Positions 36,518 to 45,265 of a stretch of DNA of 64,000 nt are shown piece after piece. The notes beneath the pieces were generated by a model. That model ran no database searches, was not told where the DNA came from, and was given only the letters and a program-made list of their open reading frames with translations. A program made the position numbers and the translations under genes. Source of the DNA: Anaerolineales bacterium. GTDB lineage: Bacteria; Chloroflexota; Anaerolineae; Anaerolineales; E44-bin32. Position 1 is the stretch's first letter, and every line of letters starts with the position of its first letter. The stretch spans positions 46,749-110,748 of the forward strand of contig JBFFQB010000002.1 in assembly GCA_041573795.1 (NCBI GenBank). Direction: 5' to 3'.

Positions 36518-37375
36518 ATGGCTTCGTTGCCGCCGGCAGACGCCCGGAGTAAAATCCGGGCGTCTGCACGTATTATTAACATGCGAAACAATATGCGATC
36601 AAAGACACCGGCTACATACATCCTCTTCCTCATTTTTGTCTGCTTCAGCGCTGGTGTCCTCAGCGTGGTCCTTCGGCCGGGTCAATTGCTTACCAGCCTC
36701 AAGCCTCCGGATTCCCCTACCCCTTCCCCCACACCGGGCGATAACACCGCTGAACTTCCATTATTTGTGGATGATGGCACGATCACGATCCTGATCCTAG
36801 GCGTTGATCGCATTGCCGATCCGGAGGGTAAGCTTCTGGCGGTTTGGCTCCTGACCTTCCATCCGCCAAATAAGGAATTGACGGTCTTGGGTTTACCCCT
36901 GGACTTGCCTATCGCTACAGACCAACCATCGATTGCAGAATCTTTCGACCTCTGGAATCCGCCCGACTATGGCGCTGGCTTTATCAATCAACTCAACGCC
37001 TTTGCACCCTCCCCCCTCTATGGGTTTGTCGCGCTGGACGAGCATGGCTTCGCTGCATTGCTAGATTACTTTGGCGGCGTGGACCTTGATGATCAACTCC
37101 TGGAGGGATCTTCAGTCATCGGGAGTTTGAGACTGACCTACGAGAATCCACAGGCTTCTTTACGGCTTCAATCCCGCATCTTAGAAAGCTTGAGGACTCG
37201 GGTAAATCAGATTGGATCGACACCTGAATTGACCCAGCTTACGTCCTTATCTCCAATCCATGCCTATACCTCACCCTCCCCACCCGAATTGGCCACGCTC
37301 GCAATCCCGCTTCTGCCACTTCACCCGGAGAACATTACAATCACGACTTACCCATCTGACTCGAATGAACCATGA
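36518..37375 (+). CDS. LCP (LytR-CpsA-Psr)-like protein with N-terminal TM anchor; catalytic arginines apparently not conserved
   Basis: TM YILFLIFVCFSAGVLSVVL. LCP-like blocks ILILGVD, LAVWLLTFHPPNKELTVLGLPLDL, YGFVALDEHGFAALLDYFGGVDLD. The true start may be ATG 36581. Confidence 0.5.
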   Translation: MASLPPADARSKIRASARIINMRNNMRSKTPATYILFLIFVCFSAGVLSVVLRPGQLLTSLKPPDSPTPSPTPGDNTAELPLFVDDGTITILILGVDRIADPEGKLLAVWLLTFHPPNKELTVLGLPLDLPIATDQPSIAESFDLWNPPDYGAGFINQLNAFAPSPLYGFVALDEHGFAALLDYFGGVDLDDQLLEGSSVIGSLRLTYENPQASLRLQSRILESLRTRVNQIGSTPELTQLTSLSPIHAYTSPSPPELATLAIPLLPLHPENITITTYPSDSNEP

Positions 37376-37388
37376 TTTGCAGGGCTAA

Positions 37389-37417
37389 TTGACTAATTCA
37401 AAGGGAAATTTCATAAT
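37389..37417 (+). promoter_or_regulatory. sigma-70-type promoter for the amino-acid ABC transporter operon
   Basis: TTGACT - 17 nt - CATAAT; leaves a ~200-nt leader before ATG 37628. Confidence 0.5.
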
Positions 37418-37627
37418 TTGGTGATTAGCTCGATGCCTACTCTTGCAATCAACACGAAGTACCGTTATGCTAGGAGATCGGAATGAGTTACGGCGGACAT
37501 CGGTTAACATAATAACTTCAAGACTTCACGAGGTGGAGTATCAAGGAGGTGGAAAGAATAACGTAGGATCTTTTCTAATCTGGTCGATTCAATCTTTTGA
37601 TTTTCTTTCCTAAGGAGGAAGAAGACA

Positions 37628-38413
37628 ATGAAGAAAGTTATCCTTTTAACACTCGTCATCATTGCCGTGCTTGCTCTTGGAGCATGTGCCCCAGCAGCTG
37701 AAGAATTCGTCGTCAGGATTGCGGTAGAGAATGCTTACCTTCCCTTCAACTACCTCGATCCAGAGACCGGCGAGCCAACAGGTTGGGACTACGAGGTCTG
37801 GGATGAGATCTGTCGACGACTTGGCTGTACGCCAGAGTACATAGAGACATCCTGGGATGGCATGATCCAGGCCGTTGCAGACGGTCAATTTGACGCCGCT
37901 GCGGATGGCATCACGATCACTGAGGAACGCGACGAGATCGTCGATTTCTCTGTCGGATATATCGCTCTAGAACAGAAGCTCCTCGTTCGAGTGGATGAAG
38001 ATCGCATCTCCAGCATCGAAGACATCGTCAATGACGAGAGTCTCAAGCTTGGTACGCAGACTGGAACGACCAACTACGAGGTCGCTACAAAGTTCCTCCC
38101 TGAAGAGCGTATTCAGGGTTTCGAGACCTTCCCGTTCGCCATTCAGGCAGTCGAATCTGGTGATCTGGATGCTGTCATCATCGATGATGTTGCTGGACAG
38201 GGTTATGTTGGCGAGAATGCCGAAAGTTTCAAACTTGTTGGTGATTCACTTTCCAGTGACTTCCTGGGCTTCATCTATCCAAACGGATCCGAGCTCAAGG
38301 CACAGGTCGACACGGTTCTGCTCGAAATGATCGAGGAAGGCTGGTTTGAAGATGTCAATCAGAAGTACTTCGGACCGGAATTCACGATTACCTACGAGGA
38401 CCTCGGCTTTTAA
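37628..38413 (+). CDS. amino-acid ABC transporter substrate-binding lipoprotein (family 3 SBP)
   Basis: Lipobox LALGAC; SBP_bac_3-like IAVENAYLPFNY, WDGMIQAVADGQFDAAADGITIT; AGGAGG RBS. Confidence 0.9.
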   Translation: MKKVILLTLVIIAVLALGACAPAAEEFVVRIAVENAYLPFNYLDPETGEPTGWDYEVWDEICRRLGCTPEYIETSWDGMIQAVADGQFDAAADGITITEERDEIVDFSVGYIALEQKLLVRVDEDRISSIEDIVNDESLKLGTQTGTTNYEVATKFLPEERIQGFETFPFAIQAVESGDLDAVIIDDVAGQGYVGENAESFKLVGDSLSSDFLGFIYPNGSELKAQVDTVLLEMIEEGWFEDVNQKYFGPEFTITYEDLGF

Positions 38414-38452
38414 TTCAAGCTTGAGACTCTTGAAAGTTACGTAGGATAGAAG

Positions 38453-39421
38453 ATGAGATTAACCGGTGTGCAGGGAGTTCCCTGCACACCGGACTCACTT
38501 CACGCAGAGGAGATATACGTGCCCGAAAGACAAACAGAGCCTCTGATTGATACTCAAGACATAGCATTTCAACCGCCGGCTGTAATTCAATTCGGATCAG
38601 AAGGCGAAACACGGAGCTGGCGCGACTTTCCCTGGTGGTTTGTTGCACTTATCCTCATCGCAGCTGTGGCAGCATACACGATCCTTTCACGCGAGAACTA
38701 CATTGACGCCTTTAACTTTATTAAGGCTGGACTGAGTATTACAGGGATCACGGCTGTTCTTTCCTACCTGATTGCCTTGATCTTAGGGCTCCTGACGGGA
38801 TTGAGTCGGATTTCCAGAAATATCTTCCTGAATAATCTTGGGCGTCTCTATGTTGAACTGATTCGCGGGATTCCCATGCTCGTTCTCATTTTTTTCATTG
38901 CTCTTGTGGGCGTACCCACTGTCGTAGACGGACTTAATAGCCTGGGCGTCTGGTTTGGAGAACAGGGTATCAGGGCTCCCTACCTGGTTTTAACATCATT
39001 TAGCAATCAATCCATTCCCATGCATGCGCGTGCCATCGTCGCCTTGTCAGTGACGTACGGCGCCTTTCTTGCGGAAATTTTCCGTGCAGGCATCCAATCG
39101 ATCGGGCGTGGCCAGATGGAGGCTGCTCGCTCGGTTGGAATGAGCTCTGGACAGGCTATGCGCTACGTCATCCTTCCCCAGGCCATCCGCAATGTCTTGC
39201 CCGCCTTGGGAAATGATTTCGTGGCGATGGTGAAAGATTCTTCCCTGGTTTCTGTCCTGGCCGTTCGCGACATTACGCAAGTCGCGCGGTTATATGCCGG
39301 GAGCACTTTTCGCTTCCGCGAATCATACATGACACTTGCGGTGATGTATCTAACGCTAACCGTCGCACTCTCACTCCTCGTGCAAGCAGTTGAAAGGCGG
39401 TTGCGGGCACATGAAAGCTAA
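38453..39421 (+). CDS. amino-acid ABC transporter permease (His/Glu/Gln/Arg/opine family)
   Basis: EAA-loop-like [35 protein letters not shown]; multiple TM segments; the N-terminal ~60 aa are uncertain. Confidence 0.85.
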   Translation: MRLTGVQGVPCTPDSLHAEEIYVPERQTEPLIDTQDIAFQPPAVIQFGSEGETRSWRDFPWWFVALILIAAVAAYTILSRENYIDAFNFIKAGLSITGITAVLSYLIALILGLLTGLSRISRNIFLNNLGRLYVELIRGIPMLVLIFFIALVGVPTVVDGLNSLGVWFGEQGIRAPYLVLTSFSNQSIPMHARAIVALSVTYGAFLAEIFRAGIQSIGRGQMEAARSVGMSSGQAMRYVILPQAIRNVLPALGNDFVAMVKDSSLVSVLAVRDITQVARLYAGSTFRFRESYMTLAVMYLTLTVALSLLVQAVERRLRAHES

Positions 39422-40157
39422 TCAACCCATGATCCGGGTCAAGGATCTTCATAAGCACTTCGGCGCAGTTCAAGCTCTGAATGGGGTCAGCTTGACAGTG
39501 GAGCGCGGTCGAGTCGTGGTCATCATCGGCCCCAGCGGATCAGGGAAATCAACCTTGTTGCGCTGTGTCAACCATCTTGAGACACCCACGAGTGGGGAAG
39601 TTTGGATCGATGGGGAGCAACTCACAACAAATCAGGCACACCTGAATGAGGTGAGAGCTGAGATCGGTATGGTTTTCCAATTGTTTAACCTGTTCCCCCA
39701 CCTCTCCGCTCTTGAAAATGTGACACTGGCACAAGAGGTCGTCCGAAAACGATCTAAGGAAAAAGCGATCGAAAACGCCATGAAACAACTGGAACGGGTG
39801 GGTATCCCTGAAAAAGCCGATTCCTACCCCGGCCAATTGTCCGGTGGACAGCAGCAACGCGTGGCCATAGCCCGGGCCCTGGCGATGGACCCGAAGATCA
39901 TGCTCTTTGATGAACCCACCAGTGCGCTCGATCCCGAGATGATTAAAGAGGTTCTGGATGTGATGCTGGATCTCGCCAAAGAGGGGATGACCATGCTCGT
40001 TGTTTCGCATGAGATGGGCTTCACGCGCGCGGCAGCAGATGAGATCATCTTCATGGATGAGGGCTTGATCGTTGAGGATACGACACCCCACGATCTGTTT
40101 AACAATCCCAGGGAAGAACGAACAAAACTCTTTCTTTCCCAGATCCTGCAACATTAG
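39411..40157 (+). CDS. amino-acid ABC transporter ATP-binding protein (GlnQ-like)
   Basis: Walker [10 protein letters not shown], signature [15 protein letters not shown], Walker [13 protein letters not shown]. The start is chosen at the ATG overlapping the permease stop; ATG 39429 is an alternative. Confidence 0.9.
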   Translation: MKANQPMIRVKDLHKHFGAVQALNGVSLTVERGRVVVIIGPSGSGKSTLLRCVNHLETPTSGEVWIDGEQLTTNQAHLNEVRAEIGMVFQLFNLFPHLSALENVTLAQEVVRKRSKEKAIENAMKQLERVGIPEKADSYPGQLSGGQQQRVAIARALAMDPKIMLFDEPTSALDPEMIKEVLDVMLDLAKEGMTMLVVSHEMGFTRAAADEIIFMDEGLIVEDTTPHDLFNNPREERTKLFLSQILQH

Positions 40158-40197
40158 CGGTCACGGCGTGCCGCCTGTTGGAATCGAACAATCTCGG

Positions 40198-40231
40198 TTA
40201 AAAAGATTGGGTCGCATGTAATGTGCGACCC
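40198..40231 (-). terminator. intrinsic terminator downstream of tRNA-Leu (may also stop the convergent ABC operon)
   Basis: Stem GGGTCGCA / TGCGACCC (40209-40216 and 40224-40231) with a 7-nt loop, followed on the minus strand by AATCTTTTT. Confidence 0.6.
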
Positions 40232-40238
40232 ACTTCTG

Positions 40239-40321
40239 TGCGCTGGGCGGGAGTTGAACCCGCACGCCCATAGGGCACATGGCCCTCAACCATGCCTGTC
40301 TGCCAGTTCCAGCACCAGCGC
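40239..40321 (-). tRNA. tRNA-Leu (anticodon GAG), class II with long variable arm; CCA not encoded
   Basis: Minus-strand sequence GCGCTGG-TG-CTG..CAG-G-CATGG-TTGAGGG-CCATG-TGCCCTATGGGCGT-GCGGG-TTCAACT-CCCGC-CCAGCGC-A folds as a cloverleaf; the anticodon loop is TT-GAG-GG. Confidence 0.9.
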
Positions 40322-40340
40322 AGAACTGTAAAGCCGCGGT

Positions 40341-40368
40341 ATTATAGCCCAGACATAACAGTTGTCAA
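40341..40368 (-). promoter_or_regulatory. consensus sigma-70 promoter for tRNA-Leu
   Basis: Minus strand reads TTGACA - 16 nt - TATAAT, ending ~19 nt upstream of the mature tRNA 5' end. Confidence 0.6.
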
Positions 40369-40476
40369 CCAAATGTGGCGTAGACCAAAGGTTTTCTGAT
40401 TTCATGATGGATTTGACAGCATTCACAAGAATGAGTTTGAGACGCTAAATAGATCAGCGGTTAACGAGGGATTCAT

Positions 40477-41478
40477 ATGCGCATTGTCTTAGATGCCATG
40501 GGGAGTGATGATCATCCGCTGCCTGAAGTTCAGGCTGCCATTCAAGCATTCCAGCAATGGGGCGAGCCAGTCATTCTGACTGGGCCTGAAGAAGAATTGT
40601 CCCAAAAGGTGCAAGAGTATGGGGGGGCACTGAATCAAGTTGAGATTGCCCACGCGCCAGAAGTGCTTGAAATGACGGACAAACCCGCCGAAGCCGCCCG
40701 GGGAAAAGCAGAGAACTCGATGGCTGTCGGGATGGATTTGATCAAAGAAGGCAAAGCAGATGCCTTCGTGACCGCCGGTAATACGGGCGGGGCAATGGCT
40801 ACGGCCCTCTTTCGCCTGGGTCGAATTCGTGGGGTGAAACGACCAGCGTTGGCTATTGGCGTGCCTGTAGAAAACGGACACGCAATTATCCTTGATATTG
40901 GCGCCAATACTGAATGTCGCTCCGAGTTTCTGGTTCAATTCGCCATCCTCGGTTCAACGTACGCAGAACTTGTCTTCGATATACACAACCCGCGCGTAGG
41001 ATTGCTTTCAAATGGAGAAGAGCCGGGGAAAGGGAATGCCCTCGTCAAAGAAACCTACCCCAAACTCATGGAGAGCGGACTGAATTTCATCGGGAATGTT
41101 GAACCCAAGGAAGTGTTTTCTGGGGGTACCGATGTTGTCGTGACGGATGGTTTTAGTGGGAATATTTTCATCAAGACAAGTGAGGCAATTCCCAGATTCC
41201 TATTTGACATTATCCGTTCTGAGATACGTTCCACACCAATCACATCTATGGGAGCCTTGTTGGCTAAACCTGCCTTCCAAAGGGTGCGTGAACTGCTCGA
41301 TCCTTCCGAGTACGGCGCCGGGCCATTGCTCGGTGTCAATGGGCTGGTCTTTATTGGGCATGGTCGTTCCAATGCCAAGGCATTGGTTAGCGCGATCCGC
41401 GTCGCACGCCAAGCCGTTAAGGGGAATGTGTTGAGCGCCACTCGAACTGCGCTAAAAGAAAAATTGAATCCGGAGTAA
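40477..41478 (+). CDS. plsX: phosphate acyltransferase PlsX
   Basis: MRIVLDAMGSD...AFVTAGNTGGAMA...GHGRSNAKA motifs; 333 aa. Confidence 0.95.
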   Translation: MRIVLDAMGSDDHPLPEVQAAIQAFQQWGEPVILTGPEEELSQKVQEYGGALNQVEIAHAPEVLEMTDKPAEAARGKAENSMAVGMDLIKEGKADAFVTAGNTGGAMATALFRLGRIRGVKRPALAIGVPVENGHAIILDIGANTECRSEFLVQFAILGSTYAELVFDIHNPRVGLLSNGEEPGKGNALVKETYPKLMESGLNFIGNVEPKEVFSGGTDVVVTDGFSGNIFIKTSEAIPRFLFDIIRSEIRSTPITSMGALLAKPAFQRVRELLDPSEYGAGPLLGVNGLVFIGHGRSNAKALVSAIRVARQAVKGNVLSATRTALKEKLNPE

Positions 41479-41483
41479 AGATT

Positions 41484-42743
41484 TTGGATAAAAGCACTAA
41501 CCAGCGCAAGCGTGTCGTCATCACCGGTTTGGGTGTCATAACCTGTCTGGGGCAGACTATCGATAGTTTTTGGCAGGATCTCCTTGCCGGAAAATCGGGT
41601 ATCAGGAGGATCACGTCATTCGATCCGGATGGTTTCCCCTGCAAGATTGCTGGTGAGATTCCTGAATTTGATCCAACAACCTATATGCCTGCAAAAGAAG
41701 CGAGGCGAATGGCACGTAATTCACAAATGGCGTTAGCGACCGCATTGCAGGCTGTAGAGGATGCGGATGTTGCGCCCTCCTTAAACGATCCTGAGCGAGT
41801 TGGCGTTTATTTCGGCACAGCAATTGGCGGCATGGAACGAGGCGTGGAGGGCATCAAAGTGCTCAACTCTAAGGGTCTCGGCAAGGTAAATCCATTTACC
41901 CTCCCCTCGACCCTGCCCAATATGGCCGCCTTCCATATCACGCACCATTTCAAAGCCCTGGGCCCCAACTGCACAATTACCACAGCCTGTGCAACCGGAA
42001 CCCAAACAATTGGTGAGGCTGCTCAGGCAATTCGTAATGGATGGGCCGATGTGATCATTTCCGGTGGCACAGAAGCCATTATTCAAGATTTCGTCATGGC
42101 GGGATTCTCTGCGATGCGCGCACTTCCCGTCAACTACAATGACGCGCCTGAGCAAGCTTCACGTCCCTTCGATGCTCTGCGGGAGGGATTTGTATTCTCG
42201 GAAGGCGCAGCTTGTTTGATCCTGGAAAGTCTTGAACATGCGCAAGCAAGGGGGGCGCGCGTGTATGCTGAAGTTGCAGGGTTTGGTTCTTCGGGGGATG
42301 CGTTCCACATGGCTGCTCCAGACCCGGAAGGGAATGGCGCTAGACGCACGATGCAGCGAGCCCTGAACGATTCGGGCATCGAACCTGCGCAGGTCAGTTA
42401 CATTAATGCGCACGGAACCTCCACCCCGGCGAACGATGCGACAGAAACAAAGGCAATTAAAGATTTGTTTGGTGGCTATGCGAAAAGCATTCCGATCTCC
42501 TCGACGAAATCGATGTTGGGACATGCCATGGGTGCCTCAGGGGCCATCGAAGCGATCGCATGTGCGTTGAGCCTCACGCACCAGAAGATCCACCCCACGA
42601 TCAATTATCAGAATCCAGACCCTGAACTGGACTTAGACTACGTCCCCAATCATGCTCGTGAAAGCGAGATTAATGTAGCTCTATCAAACTCCTTTGGATT
42701 GGGAGGACAGAACGCCTGCTTGGTCCTGAGGCGTTTGGAGTAA
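41484..42743 (+). CDS. fabF: 3-oxoacyl-ACP synthase II (FabF)
   Basis: RVVITGLGVIT, active-site TTACATG, INAHGTSTPANDATE, SSTKSMLGHAMGASG, NSFGLGGQNACLV. Confidence 0.95.
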   Translation: MDKSTNQRKRVVITGLGVITCLGQTIDSFWQDLLAGKSGIRRITSFDPDGFPCKIAGEIPEFDPTTYMPAKEARRMARNSQMALATALQAVEDADVAPSLNDPERVGVYFGTAIGGMERGVEGIKVLNSKGLGKVNPFTLPSTLPNMAAFHITHHFKALGPNCTITTACATGTQTIGEAAQAIRNGWADVIISGGTEAIIQDFVMAGFSAMRALPVNYNDAPEQASRPFDALREGFVFSEGAACLILESLEHAQARGARVYAEVAGFGSSGDAFHMAAPDPEGNGARRTMQRALNDSGIEPAQVSYINAHGTSTPANDATETKAIKDLFGGYAKSIPISSTKSMLGHAMGASGAIEAIACALSLTHQKIHPTINYQNPDPELDLDYVPNHARESEINVALSNSFGLGGQNACLVLRRLE

Positions 42744-42745
42744 TA

Positions 42746-43438
42746 ATGCAGCAATACACAAACAACCCATTGGTCCGCCGAAACCGACTTTTCAGCCGCT
42801 GGATGATGTTTGGTGGCTTGGGATTATCGATCGCTGCGGTGATCATCACGTTTACGCAACCAGCACTGATTATCATCGCCTTCGCCCTGATCCTGATTGG
42901 AGGCGTCGTATCCCAACTCGGTACCGCGATCCATAACCGCTTCGGCCGCTCCCCACGCGTCGATGAAGTAATCGATTTCTCGCTGAAGGGCTTGGATGAT
43001 CAACACGCGATTTTTCATTACTTATTAGGCACTAACCATGCCCTTTTTACACCGCAAGGAGCTTATGCTATCGTCCCAAGGATGGAGAAAGGGACGATCT
43101 CGTATGAAGATCAGAATTGGCAACACCAACCGGCCCGGGGTCGACTCTCATTGGGCGAGCCTCGCAAGCGGAACCTTCGCAATCTGGAGAAGGAAACCCA
43201 ACGCGAGGCCGGGAAGATGCAGCGCTACCTGCGCAAGAACATCTCTCAACTCGCAGAGATCGAAGTTCGTCCTTTAGCCCTTTTTCTGGCTAATGATACT
43301 TTTGTGCGCGCTGAGAAATCTACCCTGCTCGCAGTTCACCGAAAAAAGCTTAAAGACGAACTCCGAAAAGCATCAGGATCGAAACCGCTTACCGTTGAAG
43401 ATATCAAGCAGTTGGCGGAATATTTGAATCTGATTTAA
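42746..43438 (+). CDS. membrane protein with two N-terminal TM helices and a possible NERD-like domain
   Basis: TM MMFGGLGLSIAAVIITF / ALIIIAFALILIGGVV. The segment DQHAIFHYLLGTNHALFTPQGAYAIVPRMEKGTISYE loosely resembles the NERD core. Weak call. Confidence 0.45.
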   Translation: MQQYTNNPLVRRNRLFSRWMMFGGLGLSIAAVIITFTQPALIIIAFALILIGGVVSQLGTAIHNRFGRSPRVDEVIDFSLKGLDDQHAIFHYLLGTNHALFTPQGAYAIVPRMEKGTISYEDQNWQHQPARGRLSLGEPRKRNLRNLEKETQREAGKMQRYLRKNISQLAEIEVRPLALFLANDTFVRAEKSTLLAVHRKKLKDELRKASGSKPLTVEDIKQLAEYLNLI

Positions 43439-43454
43439 GCAGGATCTGGAATCG

Positions 43455-43490
43455 AAAAGGGCCTGATCTTCCGATGAGGCCCTTTTCATT
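43455..43490. terminator. bidirectional intrinsic terminator between convergent genes
   Basis: 10-bp perfect stem AAAAGGGCCT / AGGCCCTTTT (43455-43464 and 43477-43486), 12-nt loop, T-runs on both strands. Confidence 0.7.
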
Positions 43491-43510
43491 TATCGTGATC
43501 CGTCGTTGCA

Positions 43511-44542
43511 TTAGCCGCTTAGGAATTCATCCAATGCTTCTCTGGAAATCCTATACGCTTTTCCAATCTTTTTTGCCTTGATCTGCCCACCTTCGATCGC
43601 CGCAACGACATCTTCTTCGGCAACCTTCAGGTAGGATGCCGCTTCCGAGGGCGTCATGACATCAGGGACATCTACGGCATCGCCGCCTCCTGCAGATGCG
43701 CCGCGCTTTCTGATGGAGTCCGCGATGGCATCACCGATGCCCATTCCCGCTCCGATACCAGCGGTGAGCCCAGCCCCACCTGATGGGTTCTGGGCGGCAT
43801 CACGCATGGCATCTGCTGCCTGCAACTGGGTGTATGTATCCATATCGAGCATACCCATCGCACGCAGTTCTTCTGCTGATTTATCGGAAGGTTTAAGGCT
43901 TTCAATATAGAACGTCTTTAAGGTCATACCGATTGCTTTGAAGTCATCCAAAGCCTTTGCTCGCACCCCGGCGCCCAGTTCTTCAACCAACCCGATCAGT
44001 TCAGGAACACTTGTAACGCTGGTTGTTTCACCAAGTAAATCCTGAAGTTTGGAAAGCAGCATGGACCGTAAGCGTGCTTCGATATCTTTGGTGGTATAAG
44101 CACCCGTCACACCGACGATCTGCGTTACGAACTGCTGCGGATCCGAGATTTGGAAACTATAGGTTCCAAAGCCCTGCAACAACGCTACACCCAGTCCCAT
44201 ACCTGGGTTGCGTACCAGGATTGGTTGAGGGGTTCCCCATTTTTGGTCAACGAACTCACGCATTGAGACGAAAAAAACCTCTGCGGTAAATGGCGAACGA
44301 TCGCTGAACGCCTTTCCGATTAAATCAATCAGCAAGGGGATATTTGCCGTTGTGATCGTATGTCGCCCAGCGCTAAAATTATCAAGCGCCTTCCCGTCTC
44401 TGAAGAAGACGGCATTTTGTGCTTCGCGAACAATAACTTGGCTGCCGATGCGGAAATCGCCCGCCCCTTCCTCTGGGAATCGATGGACGATTTCATCCTT
44501 CATCTCATCTGGATATTCAATAACATCAAAAACTCTTGCCAT
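43511..44542 (-). CDS. SPFH (band-7, YdjI/COG4260-like) domain protein with C-terminal excisionase-type helix-turn-helix
   Basis: N-terminus VIEYPDEMKDEIVHRFPEEG...IGSQVIVREAQNAVFFRDGKALD is typical of the YdjI-type SPFH family. Gly/Ala-rich linker. C-terminus MTPSEAASYLKVAEEDVVAAIEGGQIKAKKIGKAYRISREALDEFL is HTH_17-like. Confidence 0.75.
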   Translation of the reverse strand: MARVFDVIEYPDEMKDEIVHRFPEEGAGDFRIGSQVIVREAQNAVFFRDGKALDNFSAGRHTITTANIPLLIDLIGKAFSDRSPFTAEVFFVSMREFVDQKWGTPQPILVRNPGMGLGVALLQGFGTYSFQISDPQQFVTQIVGVTGAYTTKDIEARLRSMLLSKLQDLLGETTSVTSVPELIGLVEELGAGVRAKALDDFKAIGMTLKTFYIESLKPSDKSAEELRAMGMLDMDTYTQLQAADAMRDAAQNPSGGAGLTAGIGAGMGIGDAIADSIRKRGASAGGGDAVDVPDVMTPSEAASYLKVAEEDVVAAIEGGQIKAKKIGKAYRISREALDEFLSG

Positions 44543-44565
44543 GGCCTCTGCTCCTCTACTTCATC

Positions 44566-45090
44566 CTACGAGTTTATCTCGAGGATAACTTCCTCCCTAC
44601 GGTTGTAGCTATCTACCACCTCTTGACTTACAGAAATCAGATGGCGAATGGCTGCGGGAAGTCCTTCGGTTTCAATAGATGCCTCAACATTATCTATGGC
44701 ACGCGCCACATTTTCAACCCCTTCAAGCAAGGCTGAATCAAATACATATAGGCGTTCCAGTTCTTCGCTATGGATTCTCACCGCATCGAAGAACGGGGCA
44801 TATCCATAAGCGGCACCTTTCACCCTGTCGATGAACGCCCGCAGCTTGAGGGCAGCACTTTCGAGCTCATCTACATTTTCGAGCTTGCCAGCCTGGATAA
44901 ATTGTTTCTGGGTCTCTGAGATGCGCGCCCACTGCTCATCATAGCGTTTCACGATCGTCTCGCGCAACAACTTATCGCCTTCGCGACGATTCTCGCGATC
45001 AAAGTACCCTACATATTCCGCCAGGAAGTTTCGAATCTTTCCCAGGATGTCTTTCCCTTCGGTGATCTTCCCTAGTGGATCATCGCTCAT
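44566..45090 (-). CDS. hypothetical all-helical protein (174 aa), first gene of a two-gene operon with the SPFH-HTH gene
   Basis: Clean ORF 23 nt upstream of the SPFH gene on the same strand; charged, coiled-coil-like composition; no motif recognised. Confidence 0.6.
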   Translation of the reverse strand: MSDDPLGKITEGKDILGKIRNFLAEYVGYFDRENRREGDKLLRETIVKRYDEQWARISETQKQFIQAGKLENVDELESAALKLRAFIDRVKGAAYGYAPFFDAVRIHSEELERLYVFDSALLEGVENVARAIDNVEASIETEGLPAAIRHLISVSQEVVDSYNRREEVILEINS

Positions 45091-45265
45091 GTTCGTCTCC
45101 CTATCGATTGGCTATCCGAGATTTGTTTGCTTCATTATATGAACCTAGAGTGCCCAAGGCAACCGTTCTTCTGACCCCATGCTGACAAATGTCCCTAGGA
45201 CCAGATTATGAAACTAGTATAATCGTGGAGATCGTCAAGGTTAATACTGAAGGGAGCCTTACTTA

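Noticed and set aside
43511-43657. Excisionase-type HTH as evidence for a prophage or integrative element
   Set aside because: No integrase, repeats or phage genes flank it. The HTH is fused in-frame to an SPFH protein, and the flanking genes are housekeeping (fabF, aldolase).
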